A stretch of 64,000 bases of DNA from Myxococcales bacterium (GTDB taxonomy: Bacteria; Myxococcota_A; Polyangia; Polyangiales; DASUME01). Position 1 is the first letter of the stretch; each line of letters begins with the position of its first letter. The notes beneath the pieces were generated by a model. It worked only from the letters and a program-made list of their open reading frames with translations, searched no databases and was not told where the DNA came from. The position numbers were made by a program, and so were the translations under genes. The stretch spans positions 1,568,001-1,632,000 of the forward strand of contig JASGJH010000001.1 in NCBI GenBank assembly GCA_047601445.1. Reading direction: 5' to 3'. This document shows, piece after piece, positions 1 through 9,591 of the stretch.

Positions 1-2
1 GC

Positions 3-101
3 GAGCTGCGGCCCACGCTCAAGGAAATCGCCGCGCGGGCGGAGTTGACTCGCGAACAAGTACTCAACGCGCTGTTTCTGCTGCGCATCATGCAGCGCTG
101 A
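3..101 (+). CDS. 3' end of a CDS entering from the left edge (hypothetical)
   Basis: Frame 3 reads ELRPTLKEIAARAELTREQVLNALFLLRIMQR-stop with GC3-rich codons; partial. Confidence 0.6.
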   Translation, partial: ELRPTLKEIAARAELTREQVLNALFLLRIMQR

Positions 102-181
102 TCGCCGTTCCCCGGACGATGGGATGGCCGTTACGCGGCGAACGATTCCCCCCACACCGGCCAACGAGAGCTGCGGGGACA

Positions 182-808
182 CTACGGCGAGGACGCCCGC
201 GGCGGGCGCTTGAACAGGCGAACGAAGGCCTTGCCGAGCGCGCGGTCGCCCTGGAGCGTGAGGCTCGAGTCCGCGAGCTTGCGGTCGCCGAACACCACGG
301 CGCGCAGCTCGTTCACCTCGCCCTCGATCAGTGCGTCCGCGCGTGACGGCGCGCCCAGCGCCACGTGAACGCGCTCCCGCTCCACTTCCACGCTGCAGCG
401 CACCCCCGAGAGCTTGAGCTCGTAGCGCGCGCTCAGCCCCTGAGCGGCGCTGGCATCGAAGGTGGACTCGAGAGCCACCAAGAAGGCATTCAAGCTCAGC
501 TTCCCCGCCGGCTTGACCGGCGAACGCGCCCCCCAGCTCCCCAGCGACAGCAGCACCGGATGTAGCTCCTTGCCCCACGCGGTGAGCTCGTAGCTGCCCT
601 CCACGCGCTGCACCACGCCGCCCGCTTCGAGCTCGTCGAGCCGCTGCGAGAGCACGTTCGGGCTCGCTCCTGCGAGCCCCGTCCGGAGGTCCTTGAAGCG
701 ACGCGGACCGTGGACGAGCTCCCGCACCACCAGCAGGGCCCAGCGCTCCCCCACCAGGTCGAGGGCACGCGCGATCCCGCAAGGATCTCCGTAGCTTCGT
801 TCACTCAT
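182..808 (-). CDS. HxlR-family winged-helix transcriptional regulator with C-terminal SCP2-like domain
   Basis: YGDPCGIARALDLVGERWALLVVRELVHGPRRFKDL...LSQRLDELE...YELTAWG is typical of HxlR; the C-terminal extension resembles the SCP2 fold. Divergent from the DHFR-family gene. Confidence 0.88.
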   Translation of the reverse strand: MSERSYGDPCGIARALDLVGERWALLVVRELVHGPRRFKDLRTGLAGASPNVLSQRLDELEAGGVVQRVEGSYELTAWGKELHPVLLSLGSWGARSPVKPAGKLSLNAFLVALESTFDASAAQGLSARYELKLSGVRCSVEVERERVHVALGAPSRADALIEGEVNELRAVVFGDRKLADSSLTLQGDRALGKAFVRLFKRPPRASSP

Positions 809-830
809 GCAAAAAAGACTCTACCACGAA

Positions 831-865
831 TCCTAATTTAGGACTAATTGGTCCTACACAAGGAC
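831..865. promoter_or_regulatory. Three interlocking palindromes, likely HxlR operator array
   Basis: TCCTAA-T-TTAGGA (831-843), TAGGAC-TAATTG-GTCCTA (839-856) and GTCCT-ACACA-AGGAC (851-865) in an AT-rich divergent intergenic region. Confidence 0.6.
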
Positions 866-887
866 TTACAACCAGGAGGCCCCGACC

Positions 888-1451
888 ATGCGCAAGCTCA
901 AGGTGTTCAACAACGTCTCGCTCGACGGCTACTTTTGCGACCGCCATGGCGACATGAACTGGGCCCACGAACGCCAGGACGCCGAGTTTGGCGACTGGGT
1001 GTCCAGCAATGCCAGCGGCGCGAGTCAGCTGCTGTTCGGGCGCGTCACCTACGAAATGATGGCGAGCTTCTGGCCCACGCCCATGGCGATGGAGACGCTC
1101 CCCACCGTGGCCAAGGGCATGAATAGCGCGTCCAAGGTGGTGTTCTCGCGCAGCCTGAGCAAGGCCAGCTGGCAGAACACGCGCCTGATCAAGGGCGACC
1201 TGCTCGAAGCCGTGCAGGCCCTCAAGGCTGAACCGGGTCCAGATCTCGTCTTGATGGGGAGCGGGAGCATCGTGGCCCAGCTGGCCCAGGCGCGTTTGAT
1301 CGACACCTACCAGCTCGTGGTCCATCCCACGGTGCTGGGCGCGGGCCGTACCCTGTTCCAAGGCATCGAGGAGCGGCTGTGCCTGACACTCTCGAGCTCT
1401 CGCGCCTTCAAGAACGGCAACCTGGTGTTGTGGTACGAGCAAACGCGTTGA
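888..1451 (+). CDS. Dihydrofolate reductase family protein (RibD C-terminal domain)
   Basis: VSLDGYF, LLFGRVTYEMMASFWP, KVVFSRSL, GSGSIVAQL, LIDTYQLVVHPTVLGAGRTLF motifs; AGGAGG RBS upstream. Confidence 0.92.
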   Translation: MRKLKVFNNVSLDGYFCDRHGDMNWAHERQDAEFGDWVSSNASGASQLLFGRVTYEMMASFWPTPMAMETLPTVAKGMNSASKVVFSRSLSKASWQNTRLIKGDLLEAVQALKAEPGPDLVLMGSGSIVAQLAQARLIDTYQLVVHPTVLGAGRTLFQGIEERLCLTLSSSRAFKNGNLVLWYEQTR

Positions 1452-1524
1452 GGCCTCGGCGAGCGAGGTCGGCTGGCTTCTCGCGCTGGGGCCCCCTCCC
1501 GACGTAGACTCTGCAGCGCGGAGC

Positions 1525-2286
1525 ATGGCGGCCAAGCAGCGTTCGAAGCAACTCCCCGACTGGATCCGAGAGCGCCCCTGCGCCCACCGCGGATGGCACG
1601 ACCTCGCCCGGGGCATTCCCGAAAATTCGCTGGCTGCGTTCGAGGCGGCCGTGCGTGCGGGCTACCCCATCGAACTCGACGTGCAGAGCTTGGGCGACGG
1701 GACGCTGGTCGTGTTCCATGACGACGGCCTCGAGCGAGCCACGGGGATTGCGCGCACTCTCCGCCGCTCGACCGTGGACGATATGGCGCCCCTACGCCTG
1801 TTCGGCACCGACCAACACGTACCGTTCCTGAGCGAGGTCCTCGCGCTCGTGGCTGGACGCGTCCCCATCTTGCTCGAGCTCAAGCACCACGGCTCGAACA
1901 CCGCCATCGCCGAGGCCCTGCGCGGCGCGCTCGCAGGCTACGACGGCCCGCTCGCGATCCAGTCCTTCAATCCCTACGTGCTGCGCTGGCTGCGTAAACA
2001 CGCCCCGCAATACTGCCTGGGTCAGCTAGGCGGCCCACTGCACGACGATCCCGTGGCCCCCTTCGAACGCTTCGCGTCCCGTAGCTTGCTCACGCTGGCA
2101 CTCTCGCGGCCCGACTTCGTCAACTTCGACCTACGCGGGTTGCCCGATCCCTGGGTGCAGCTGGTGGCGCGCAGCGCGGGGCTGCCGCTCTTGGCGTGGA
2201 CGGTACGCACCCAAGCCGACCTGGCCAAGGCCAACGCGCTCGGGGTCAACTATGTGTTCGAGGGCGTAGTGCCGGCAGCGCGCTGA
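1525..2286 (+). CDS. Glycerophosphodiester phosphodiesterase family protein
   Basis: AHRG...PENSLAAF...IELDVQ...VVFHDDGLER, ELK, IQSFNP, WTVR motifs. Confidence 0.92.
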   Translation: MAAKQRSKQLPDWIRERPCAHRGWHDLARGIPENSLAAFEAAVRAGYPIELDVQSLGDGTLVVFHDDGLERATGIARTLRRSTVDDMAPLRLFGTDQHVPFLSEVLALVAGRVPILLELKHHGSNTAIAEALRGALAGYDGPLAIQSFNPYVLRWLRKHAPQYCLGQLGGPLHDDPVAPFERFASRSLLTLALSRPDFVNFDLRGLPDPWVQLVARSAGLPLLAWTVRTQADLAKANALGVNYVFEGVVPAAR

Positions 2287-2391
2287 CAAAATTGGCGCCG
2301 TCAAAAGGCGACAGAGCGGGCTCGGGCTCGGGCTCGCCTTGCTGCGCAAGGCTGGCATAGGGTAGCAATGCGCTGGGTTGTCAGCGCACTG

Positions 2392-3279
2392 CTACAGGGG
2401 CTTGCGATGCATGCGCAAGTCGAGCCCCGGCACCAGCTTGGTCCACAGCGCGAACGCGCCCGTGGAGAGCCATTCTGCGCCTCGTTCTTCGAAGTGGGCG
2501 TCGATGGCCACCTGACGCTTGGGTTCGGTGTGGATGTCGAGGGCGAACTGCACCGGAGCCCCTTCGCTCTCGCCCCGTCCTCGAAAGCGCAACAAGCGCT
2601 TGCCCGCCGTCTGCACGTGGCCTTTGACGTCGCGAAATTGCAGCCGTCCCGTGGGCAAGCCCTGCGCGAAGTCTCCACGGTAGTCGTCGAAGCGCAGCTC
2701 CGTATCTCCGCTCGGCAGCACGTGCACACGCATGGTGCCGTGCAGGTCCCTCAGACGCAGCGCAGGCAGGCTGCCTCCCCCGATCACCAAGGTCATGTCC
2801 GAGGTCATCATGGTGCGCAGGTCGAGCAAGTCCGTCACACGCTGGGGCTCGCTCGACTCCTCGAGCTGCTGCGGGTCCGGACTCGGAGCGGCGAAGGTCT
2901 GCTCCATGTTCACACGACCTTGGCCATCCTCCGTCACGTACACGATACCGCCGCGAATCTCGGCGCGCTCCCAGGCGAAGGTCCCGGCCCAGATGGCCGC
3001 CAGATCCAGCCAGGTCTCCAGCGCTTCGACCCGGATGCACGGTTTGCGGTCGGCTGTGGTGATCGTCACGCCGCGCGCCCGCAGGTGCGGCAGGTCGATC
3101 TCGTCGAGATGCTCGATCTCGAGCTCACCAGCCATCGCCTCGCTGACGTAGCGATTGGCTGCGCGTCGAACGCGCTCGCGTCCCCAGGCCGTGTGGACCA
3201 ACGCAGCATGGCTGGCGAGCACGAGCAGGAGGGTCACGCCGAGCAGCGAGGCTGCCCATGTCGCTACGCTGCGGAGCAT
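2392..3279 (-). CDS. Membrane-anchored hypothetical protein, AsmA/TamB N-terminus-like
   Basis: N-terminal hydrophobic helix, then 'TAWGRERVR...GELEIEHL' and beta-rich sequence. Confidence 0.55.
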   Translation of the reverse strand: MLRSVATWAASLLGVTLLLVLASHAALVHTAWGRERVRRAANRYVSEAMAGELEIEHLDEIDLPHLRARGVTITTADRKPCIRVEALETWLDLAAIWAGTFAWERAEIRGGIVYVTEDGQGRVNMEQTFAAPSPDPQQLEESSEPQRVTDLLDLRTMMTSDMTLVIGGGSLPALRLRDLHGTMRVHVLPSGDTELRFDDYRGDFAQGLPTGRLQFRDVKGHVQTAGKRLLRFRGRGESEGAPVQFALDIHTEPKRQVAIDAHFEERGAEWLSTGAFALWTKLVPGLDLRMHRKPL

Positions 3280-3373
3280 GTGAAGCTCGAAGTAGGCACC
3301 CCGAGCCCGCCCGCAAGCACCGATTCGCGTGGTCCTACGGCCGAATTTTCTCGCGTAACGGAGCCGACCGCTA

Positions 3374-3973
3374 TCAGGCTGCGCCGGCGCCGTCGGTCAG
3401 CGTGTCGAGGTGGCGCGTGCAGTTGAGCAGACGCACCAGGTGCGGCTCTTCAGGGTCGAGCAACGTGACACTGGTATTGTCGACGCGTAAGGGCGCAAGC
3501 ATCCCGTCGGCGAGTCGAGCATGGCGCGCCAGGATGGCACCACAGACCAGGCCATGGGTCACCACCACCAGGTTGCCCGACTGAGCACCGCGCCGCTGGA
3601 TCATCAACGCGAAGGCCTGCGCCACGCGCTGGTAGAAGAGCTCCCAGCTCTCACCGCCGGGAGGGTCATAGCCGGGCATGAAGGGATCGAAGCCGAGCTC
3701 GGCATAGGGTGTGCCGCGGATATCGCCGAAATTGCGCTCCTGGAGCAGCTCCGTGTACTCGACAGGCAAGCTGGTGAGGCCCACGAAGGGCTCCGCCGTC
3801 ATGCGGGCCCGCGGCAAATCACTGCACAACACGGCGGTCGGGGCGTACTCGCGCAGCCGTTCGGCGAGGCGTCGCGCCTGCGCCAGTCCCGTCGCGTTCA
3901 ACGGTGTCTCCGCGACCTGCAGGACGCGCTGCTGATTGCCGGCCGTCTCACCGTGTCGAACCAGAATAATCAC
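3374..3973 (-). CDS. Histidine phosphatase (phosphoglycerate mutase) family protein
   Basis: LVRHGET, SDLPRARMTA, LQERNFG, PGGES, VVTHG motifs; start re-assigned to GTG at 3973 just before IILVRHGE. Confidence 0.9.
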   Translation of the reverse strand: MIILVRHGETAGNQQRVLQVAETPLNATGLAQARRLAERLREYAPTAVLCSDLPRARMTAEPFVGLTSLPVEYTELLQERNFGDIRGTPYAELGFDPFMPGYDPPGGESWELFYQRVAQAFALMIQRRGAQSGNLVVVTHGLVCGAILARHARLADGMLAPLRVDNTSVTLLDPEEPHLVRLLNCTRHLDTLTDGAGAA

Positions 3974-4023
3974 GACCCAGACATGGAACGGATCGGCGGA
4001 TCGAGCAAGTGCGGTCGAGGCAC

Positions 4024-4572
4024 TCAGCTCTGGGGTCTCGGTTGGTTCACGTTCCAACCGTAGCCGATCTGCGCGTTGATCAGCTTGTGGGTCGCCGGGC
4101 CCACCATGCCGTCCACGTCATAGCCGAAAGCCTCCTGCAGCTTCCTCACGCTCAGATCCGTCTGACTTCCGTACTGTCCGTCGACCGCGACCTTGAAGCC
4201 CAGGGCGTTCAGGCGACGTTGCAGGTAACTGACCTGCGCTCCGTGCGCGCCTTGCTTGAGCGTATGCGTGAGCTCCGCGCCCGCCAGCGCTCCCTTGTCG
4301 GTCTTCTTGCCCTGCGCCTCCAGCGCCTTCTTGATGCTGTCGGACTTGTCGATGTGGAAGCCGTAGCCGATCTGCGAGTCGATGAGCTTCGAGGTCGCGT
4401 CGCCTACCATGCCGTCGGTGTCGTAGCCGAACATGGCCTGCAGCTCTTCCACGCTGGACTTGGTGGTCGGCCCGAAGATGCCGTCGGCCTTGAGGGGAAA
4501 GCCCAGTTGAACGAGCTTGGTCTGGAGTGTCGTTACCTGCGTGCCCTTCTCACCTGCCTTGATCACCTGCAT
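4024..4572 (-). CDS. Tandem peptidoglycan-binding (PG_binding_1-like) domain protein
   Basis: Two copies of G..G.QV..LQ..L..LGF....DG.(F/Y)G..T..SV..LQ..FGY..DGMVG.AT; GGAGG upstream of ATG 4572; no catalytic domain or signal peptide evident. Confidence 0.85.
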   Translation of the reverse strand: MQVIKAGEKGTQVTTLQTKLVQLGFPLKADGIFGPTTKSSVEELQAMFGYDTDGMVGDATSKLIDSQIGYGFHIDKSDSIKKALEAQGKKTDKGALAGAELTHTLKQGAHGAQVSYLQRRLNALGFKVAVDGQYGSQTDLSVRKLQEAFGYDVDGMVGPATHKLINAQIGYGWNVNQPRPQS

Positions 4573-4819
4573 TGCTCCACCTCCTGCGCGCGCACATCGC
4601 TCGCCCGGCAGGGGCTTCGCGGAGCGCTTACCGGGCCGAGCTTTGCAATTCTTCGGCCGGCGCCTCGGCCCCTGGATCCGCCAGGCATCTCGCGCTTGGG
4701 ACGCGGTGTTTCGTGCGCTCCCGCGCGGGAAGCTCCTGCCCAGTGAGGCGTTCCCGTGACATCCTAGACAGCAAAAGCGCAACAAGGCCCCGCCCCGCGG
4801 GCCTCACCAGGCGGATCAC

Positions 4820-5860
4820 ATGAAGCTCGGAATCGTCGTCGGATATTCGGGGCGCAAGCTCGCGCTCCCCATGGACTTGGTTCGCGAAGCAGAGCGACTC
4901 GGCTACGACTCGTGTTGGACCTCCGAGGCGTACGGGTCCGATGCCGTCAGCGTCTCCGCCTGGATCCTGGCGAACACTTCGCGCATCAAGGTGGGCACCG
5001 CCATTCTGCAGCTCCCGGCGCGCACCCCCACCATGACCGCCATGACGGCGATGTCGCTGGATCAGCTCTCGAATGGGCGCTTCATCGTGGGGCTCGGACC
5101 CTCTGGGCCGCAGGTGGTGGAAGGCTGGTACGGCGCCACCTACGCCAAGCCGCTGAGCCGCCTGCGCGAGTACATCGAGGTCATGCAGCTGGTGTTCGCG
5201 CGGCAGGAACCCGTGGCTTACCAGGGTTATCACTATCAGCTTCCCTACAAGGGCGAGGATGCGACCGGACTCGGCAAGCCCCTCAAGAGCATCCTGCACT
5301 GCGAACGGAAGATCCCCATCTACACCGCCAGCCTGCAACACAAGGCCGTGGCGCTCAGCGCCGAGCTGACCGACGGCTTCTTCCCCATCTGGCTGAATCC
5401 CGAGCGCACCGACCTCTTCGAGGCGCCCGTGGCCGAAGGGCTGGCCAAGGCTGGCGCGGGCAAGAAGCGAGAGGACTTCGACATCGCGCCCTTTGTCACC
5501 GTCGTCATGGGCAACGACGTCGACGCTTGTCGAGCACAGGTCAAGCCCGCGATGGCCCTCTACATCGGCGGCATGGGCGCGCGCGGCAAGAACTTCTATA
5601 CGGACTACGCCAGTCGCCTCGGCTATCCCGACGCGGCCCGCAAGATCCAGGACCTGTATCTCGACGGCAAGAAGGACGAAGCCGCGGCGTGCGTGCCGGA
5701 TCAGCTGGTGGACGACGTGGCGCTATGTGGATCGGCCGATCGCATCAGGGATCGCTTGCAGGCCTGGATCGCAGCCGGCAAGACCCATCACGTGGGCACC
5801 ATGATCCTCGGCTCGAGCCAGCCCGAAGCCCTGCGACTGGTGGCCGAGACCGTGCTCTGA
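4820..5860 (+). CDS. LLM-class, probably F420-dependent oxidoreductase (Rv3520c-like)
   Basis: EAYGSDA, LDQLSNGRFIVGLGPSGPQVVEGWYG, KPLKSILH, ALYIGGMGARGKNFY motifs. Confidence 0.88.
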   Translation: MKLGIVVGYSGRKLALPMDLVREAERLGYDSCWTSEAYGSDAVSVSAWILANTSRIKVGTAILQLPARTPTMTAMTAMSLDQLSNGRFIVGLGPSGPQVVEGWYGATYAKPLSRLREYIEVMQLVFARQEPVAYQGYHYQLPYKGEDATGLGKPLKSILHCERKIPIYTASLQHKAVALSAELTDGFFPIWLNPERTDLFEAPVAEGLAKAGAGKKREDFDIAPFVTVVMGNDVDACRAQVKPAMALYIGGMGARGKNFYTDYASRLGYPDAARKIQDLYLDGKKDEAAACVPDQLVDDVALCGSADRIRDRLQAWIAAGKTHHVGTMILGSSQPEALRLVAETVL

Positions 5861-5885
5861 CAGCCGCCTCCATCCCATCAACCTT

Positions 5886-5940
5886 GTGGTCGTGGTCGTG
5901 GTCGATCTGCAGAGGCGACCACGACCCACGACCCACGACC
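5886..5940. repeat. Inverted short tandem repeat hairpin between convergent genes
   Basis: (GTGGTC)x3 at 5886-5903 followed by complementary GACCAC/GACCCAC repeats at about 5917-5940. Confidence 0.7.
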
Positions 5941-5972
5941 AGGAGCTACTCCTGCTCGAGCACGCCCCACAC

Positions 5973-7370
5973 TCAGCGCAGGCGGTTGTAGCCGTTGAGG
6001 GCCGCCACCCGATACGCCTCGGCCATGGTCGGGTAGTTGAAGGTGGTGTTGACGAAGTACATCAGGTTATTCGCCGTGCCCTCCTGGGACATGATCGCCT
6101 GTCCGATGTGGATGATCTCGGCGGCCTGGTCCCCAAAGCAATGCACGCCCAGGATTTCCAGGGTGTCGCGGTGGAACAGGATCTTGAGCATGCCCACGCG
6201 CTGCCCCGTGATCTGCGCGCGCGCCAGCGAGCGGAACATGGCGTGGCCCACCTCGTAGGGAACCAAGTCCTTGGTGAGCTCGCGCTCGGTGCGACCCACG
6301 CTGCTGATCTCGGGTGAGGTGTAGATGCCCGAAGGGATGTCCTGCACCAGGCGGGCCTCGGTCTGTCCCGTGACCGCGTGCTGCGCCGCGAAGCGTCCCT
6401 GATCGTAGCTGGCGCTGGCCAGGCTCGGCGGGCCCACGACGTCGCCCACGGCGTAGATGTGCGGGAGCTCGGTGCGATAGAACTCGTCCACCTTCAACAG
6501 CCCGCGCGGGTCGGCCTTGATCCCGATGCGATCGAGCGCCAGGTCCTGCGTGTTGCCCGTGCGCCCCTGAGCCCAGAGCAAGAAGTCGCTCTTGATCTTC
6601 TTGCCGCTCTTGAGGTGCATGGTCACGCCGTCGCCCGCGGTCTCCACCCGCTCGTACTCCTCGTTGTGACGGATCAACACGCCTTGATCGCGCAGATGGT
6701 ACGCCAGGGCATCGACGATCTCGTCGTCCAGGAAGCTGAGCAGTCGATCGCGGCTGTTGATCAGGTTCACCTTCACGCCGAGCTGGCGGAAGATCGACGC
6801 GTACTCGCAGCCGATGATGCCCGCGCCGTAGATGGTGATGGTGTGCGGAGTGCGATCGATGTCGAGGATGGTGTCGCTGTCGCGCACACGCGGGTGGTTG
6901 AAGTCGACGTCCTCGGGGCGATAGGGACGCGAGCCGGTGGCCACGATGACCTTCTTGGCGCGCAGCGTGCGCTTGATGCCGCCGGCCTCCACGCCGATGG
7001 TGTGGGCGTCCACGAACGACGCGACCCCGTGCACCACGGGTACCTCGTTGCGCTGGTAGAAGTCGCGCCGCAGCATCACCTGACTGCTGATCACGCTGCT
7101 CACGCCCTTGAGGAGCTCGGGCAGGGAGCTGGGCACGTGGTTGATCATCTTGGCGAACTGCGCGTTGCTGCGCAGCTTGAGCACCTCGCTCACCGAGTGA
7201 CGCAGCGCCTTGCTGGGGATGGTGCCCCAGTGCGTGCAGCCGCCGCCCACCAGGTGATAGCGCTCGACGACCAACGCGCGCGCCCCCTCCTTGGCGGCCA
7301 GCATCGACGCGCCCTCACCCCCGGGCCCGCTCCCCAACACCACGACGTCGTATTCTTGATCCCACGGCAC
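5973..7370 (-). CDS. sthA: Soluble (Si-specific) NAD(P)+ transhydrogenase
   Basis: [69 protein letters not shown]; 465 aa. Confidence 0.95.
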   Translation of the reverse strand: MPWDQEYDVVVLGSGPGGEGASMLAAKEGARALVVERYHLVGGGCTHWGTIPSKALRHSVSEVLKLRSNAQFAKMINHVPSSLPELLKGVSSVISSQVMLRRDFYQRNEVPVVHGVASFVDAHTIGVEAGGIKRTLRAKKVIVATGSRPYRPEDVDFNHPRVRDSDTILDIDRTPHTITIYGAGIIGCEYASIFRQLGVKVNLINSRDRLLSFLDDEIVDALAYHLRDQGVLIRHNEEYERVETAGDGVTMHLKSGKKIKSDFLLWAQGRTGNTQDLALDRIGIKADPRGLLKVDEFYRTELPHIYAVGDVVGPPSLASASYDQGRFAAQHAVTGQTEARLVQDIPSGIYTSPEISSVGRTERELTKDLVPYEVGHAMFRSLARAQITGQRVGMLKILFHRDTLEILGVHCFGDQAAEIIHIGQAIMSQEGTANNLMYFVNTTFNYPTMAEAYRVAALNGYNRLR

Positions 7371-7541
7371 GCTGATATCCCCGGCTTGGGCCTAGTCTCC
7401 CCCACGCTCGGCGCGCGAGCGAGGACTAGACGAAGGCTAGCGGGACCGGCGCAAAGAATCAGCTATCTGCGTGGCCGGAAAATGCGAAACACGGACGAAA
7501 AGCGGCTCGGCGGGCAGGGAGGGCAGGCGCCGCTCTCCGCT

Positions 7542-7802
7542 TCACGGCAACGGCCGCTTGAAACAGAACACGTTGGCGCCGACGCTCGCGACCATCTCCC
7601 AGCCCTCTTGACCCGCCTGGTTGGCCGCGGTCTGGATGTCCGAGGCGAGCCCACGCGGTGTGGCAGACATGTCGCTCTTGCACATGTACTCCCAACGTTG
7701 CGCATGGTTCGGGGCAGCCGCCTGGGCGGGAGCCGCGAGTCGAATGGCGGCCGCGCACAGCACGGCGGCACCGATAGCGAGCAAGAAGCGCTGGACTGAC
7801 AT
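7542..7802 (-). CDS. Small secreted protein, DUF4177-like
   Basis: Signal peptide followed by RWEYMC...NQAGQEGWEMV...FCFKRP; start re-assigned to ATG 7802. Confidence 0.7.
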   Translation of the reverse strand: MSVQRFLLAIGAAVLCAAAIRLAAPAQAAAPNHAQRWEYMCKSDMSATPRGLASDIQTAANQAGQEGWEMVASVGANVFCFKRPLP

Positions 7803-7932
7803 CCGACACTCTGGGTGCACGAGGATGCCGCGTGCAAGCACTCGCTCGGCGCGCCCCCAACCCGTGAGGGACCAGGCTCCGTCCCCAGAAATCCTGGGGC
7901 GGCCCCAGTTCCGGCACACGCCAGGACCCCCT

Positions 7933-9270
7933 CTACGGCTTGATGCTCTCGCGGCGAATGCCGGACATACGCACCTGCTGCTCCAGCTTGCGGAAGCGCT
8001 GAGCCAGCGCGCGCACCAGGGCGCCGCTCCAGCCGTCCACGCCGAGCCCTTCGGTCATGGTCTGCTTGTCGAGCACCAGCACAGCCACCGGTCCGACGGC
8101 CTCCACGCTCGCCGCCCGCGGCTCGTCGAGGAGCAACGCCATCTCGCCGAACACCTCGCCGGGCTCCATGAAGTTCAGGGTCTCGTCGCGTCCCTCGGCG
8201 AGCGTGAAGGCGCGGCAGCGCCCGTTGATGATCATATAGGCCGTGTCGCCCACGTCGCCTTCGCGGATGATGAGCTCACCGGGCCGAAACACCTTGCGCG
8301 GCAAATGCAGACCACCGCGCAGGAAGCTGCGCACCGCCTGCTGCAGCTCCACCACGCTGGCGAAGCGATCTTCGGGCCGAGGCCGGATGGCGCGGTCGAT
8401 GATGTTGCGCAGGGTCTTCGAGACACCGAGCCCGCCCAGGGCTTGCTCGACCGGGATCACCGCCCCGGCCCGCGAACGCGCCATCAGCTCCTCGGTGGTA
8501 GCCGCGTCTCCGAACGGCAGCTGACCGCTGACGATCTCGTAGAGCACGGCGCCCAGGCCGAAGATGTCGCAGCCCTCCCCCATCTCCGCCGGGTTTCCTC
8601 GCGCTTGCTCGGGCGCCATGAAGCCAGGCGTGCCCACCGGTCCCACCGCCTCCATCTGGGCGCGCGAGCCGGAGGCCGGTCGCGTCTTGGTCAGGCGCGC
8701 GAGGCCCCAGTCCATCAAGTACACCTGACCGAACTCGCCCACCATGATGTTCTCGGGCTTGAGGTCCCGGTGCACAACACCGCGATGATGCGCGTAGGCG
8801 ACGGCGTCGCAGACCGTGACGAAGATGGACAATCCCTCTTCGAGGCGCTCGGCGGTGCCCACGGCGTGCTCGGGCTGCGCTAGCCAAGCCGCGAACGACA
8901 TGCCCTGTACCAGCTTCATGGTGAAGTAGGGGACGCCTGCCTCGGTCACCGCGAGCTCGTGCACCGGTACGATGTTGGGATGCTCGAGTTGCCCGGTGAT
9001 CTGGGCCTCCGCGATGAAGCCATCGCGATAGAACGACTGGCGAGCCAGGTCCTTGTCGAGGCGCTTGAGCGCCACGTGACGCAGCAGGTTGCGGTCGGTG
9101 GCGGGGTGGATGCGGCCCATGCCCCCGCGGCCGAGCTCGGGATAGAGCCGCAGGTGCGCCGGAGTGGGGATCGCCTCGGCCGCGATCTCGGCGGGGCCAA
9201 TCTTGTGGTCGCCACCGCCCGGAATGGACTCAATCACGTAAACCGGGTCGGGCCCAGGTCGCTTCTCCAT
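7933..9270 (-). CDS. Hanks-type Ser/Thr protein kinase with C-terminal cyclic-nucleotide-binding domain
   Basis: LGRGGMG, VALK, HRDLKPEN, DWGLA, GTPGFMAPEQ; C-terminal IIREGDVGD..Y.I..G...GEVFGEMALL..PRAASV; GGAGG before ATG 9270. Confidence 0.92.
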   Translation of the reverse strand: MEKRPGPDPVYVIESIPGGGDHKIGPAEIAAEAIPTPAHLRLYPELGRGGMGRIHPATDRNLLRHVALKRLDKDLARQSFYRDGFIAEAQITGQLEHPNIVPVHELAVTEAGVPYFTMKLVQGMSFAAWLAQPEHAVGTAERLEEGLSIFVTVCDAVAYAHHRGVVHRDLKPENIMVGEFGQVYLMDWGLARLTKTRPASGSRAQMEAVGPVGTPGFMAPEQARGNPAEMGEGCDIFGLGAVLYEIVSGQLPFGDAATTEELMARSRAGAVIPVEQALGGLGVSKTLRNIIDRAIRPRPEDRFASVVELQQAVRSFLRGGLHLPRKVFRPGELIIREGDVGDTAYMIINGRCRAFTLAEGRDETLNFMEPGEVFGEMALLLDEPRAASVEAVGPVAVLVLDKQTMTEGLGVDGWSGALVRALAQRFRKLEQQVRMSGIRRESIKP

Positions 9271-9591
9271 GCTGCCTCCGCGCGGGCTTTCCCGAAGGCT
9301 CTCGGAGCCCGCTACGGGTTCTCCTCTTACAGGGTTCTCACCCCGCCGCAAAGCTTCCTGCGGCCCACGCGCTGCGTTTGGTCACCATTTCGTTGGTCGG
9401 CTTTTCCGGTGCACCCGGAGCTGTAACGCCCCCAACCACGAACGAGGCGCCGCGGCGCTCGCTCCGAGGGTGAGCCGTGCAACGGTCGAGTTCGAGCGGC
9501 CCACATGGGCGCCGTACCTGCGCCAATTCGCGGGGTGAAGCCTTGGACTGGCGGTTGCTGGCGCAAAAAGCGCCCCGCATGATCGCGCGCA

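Noticed and set aside
2316..3313. GCGGGCTCGGG inverted pair flanking the 2392-3279 gene as mobile-element ends
   Set aside because: The match is only about 11 bp of GC-rich simple repeat, with no transposase and no target duplication.
6378..7799. Long antisense or alternative-frame ORFs (e.g. 6378-7799, 7621-8883, 20313-21635, 22087-23352, 45392-46702, 59719-60726)
   Set aside because: They are shadows of well-supported genes on the other strand or frame, expected in high-GC DNA with few stop codons, and show no family motifs.
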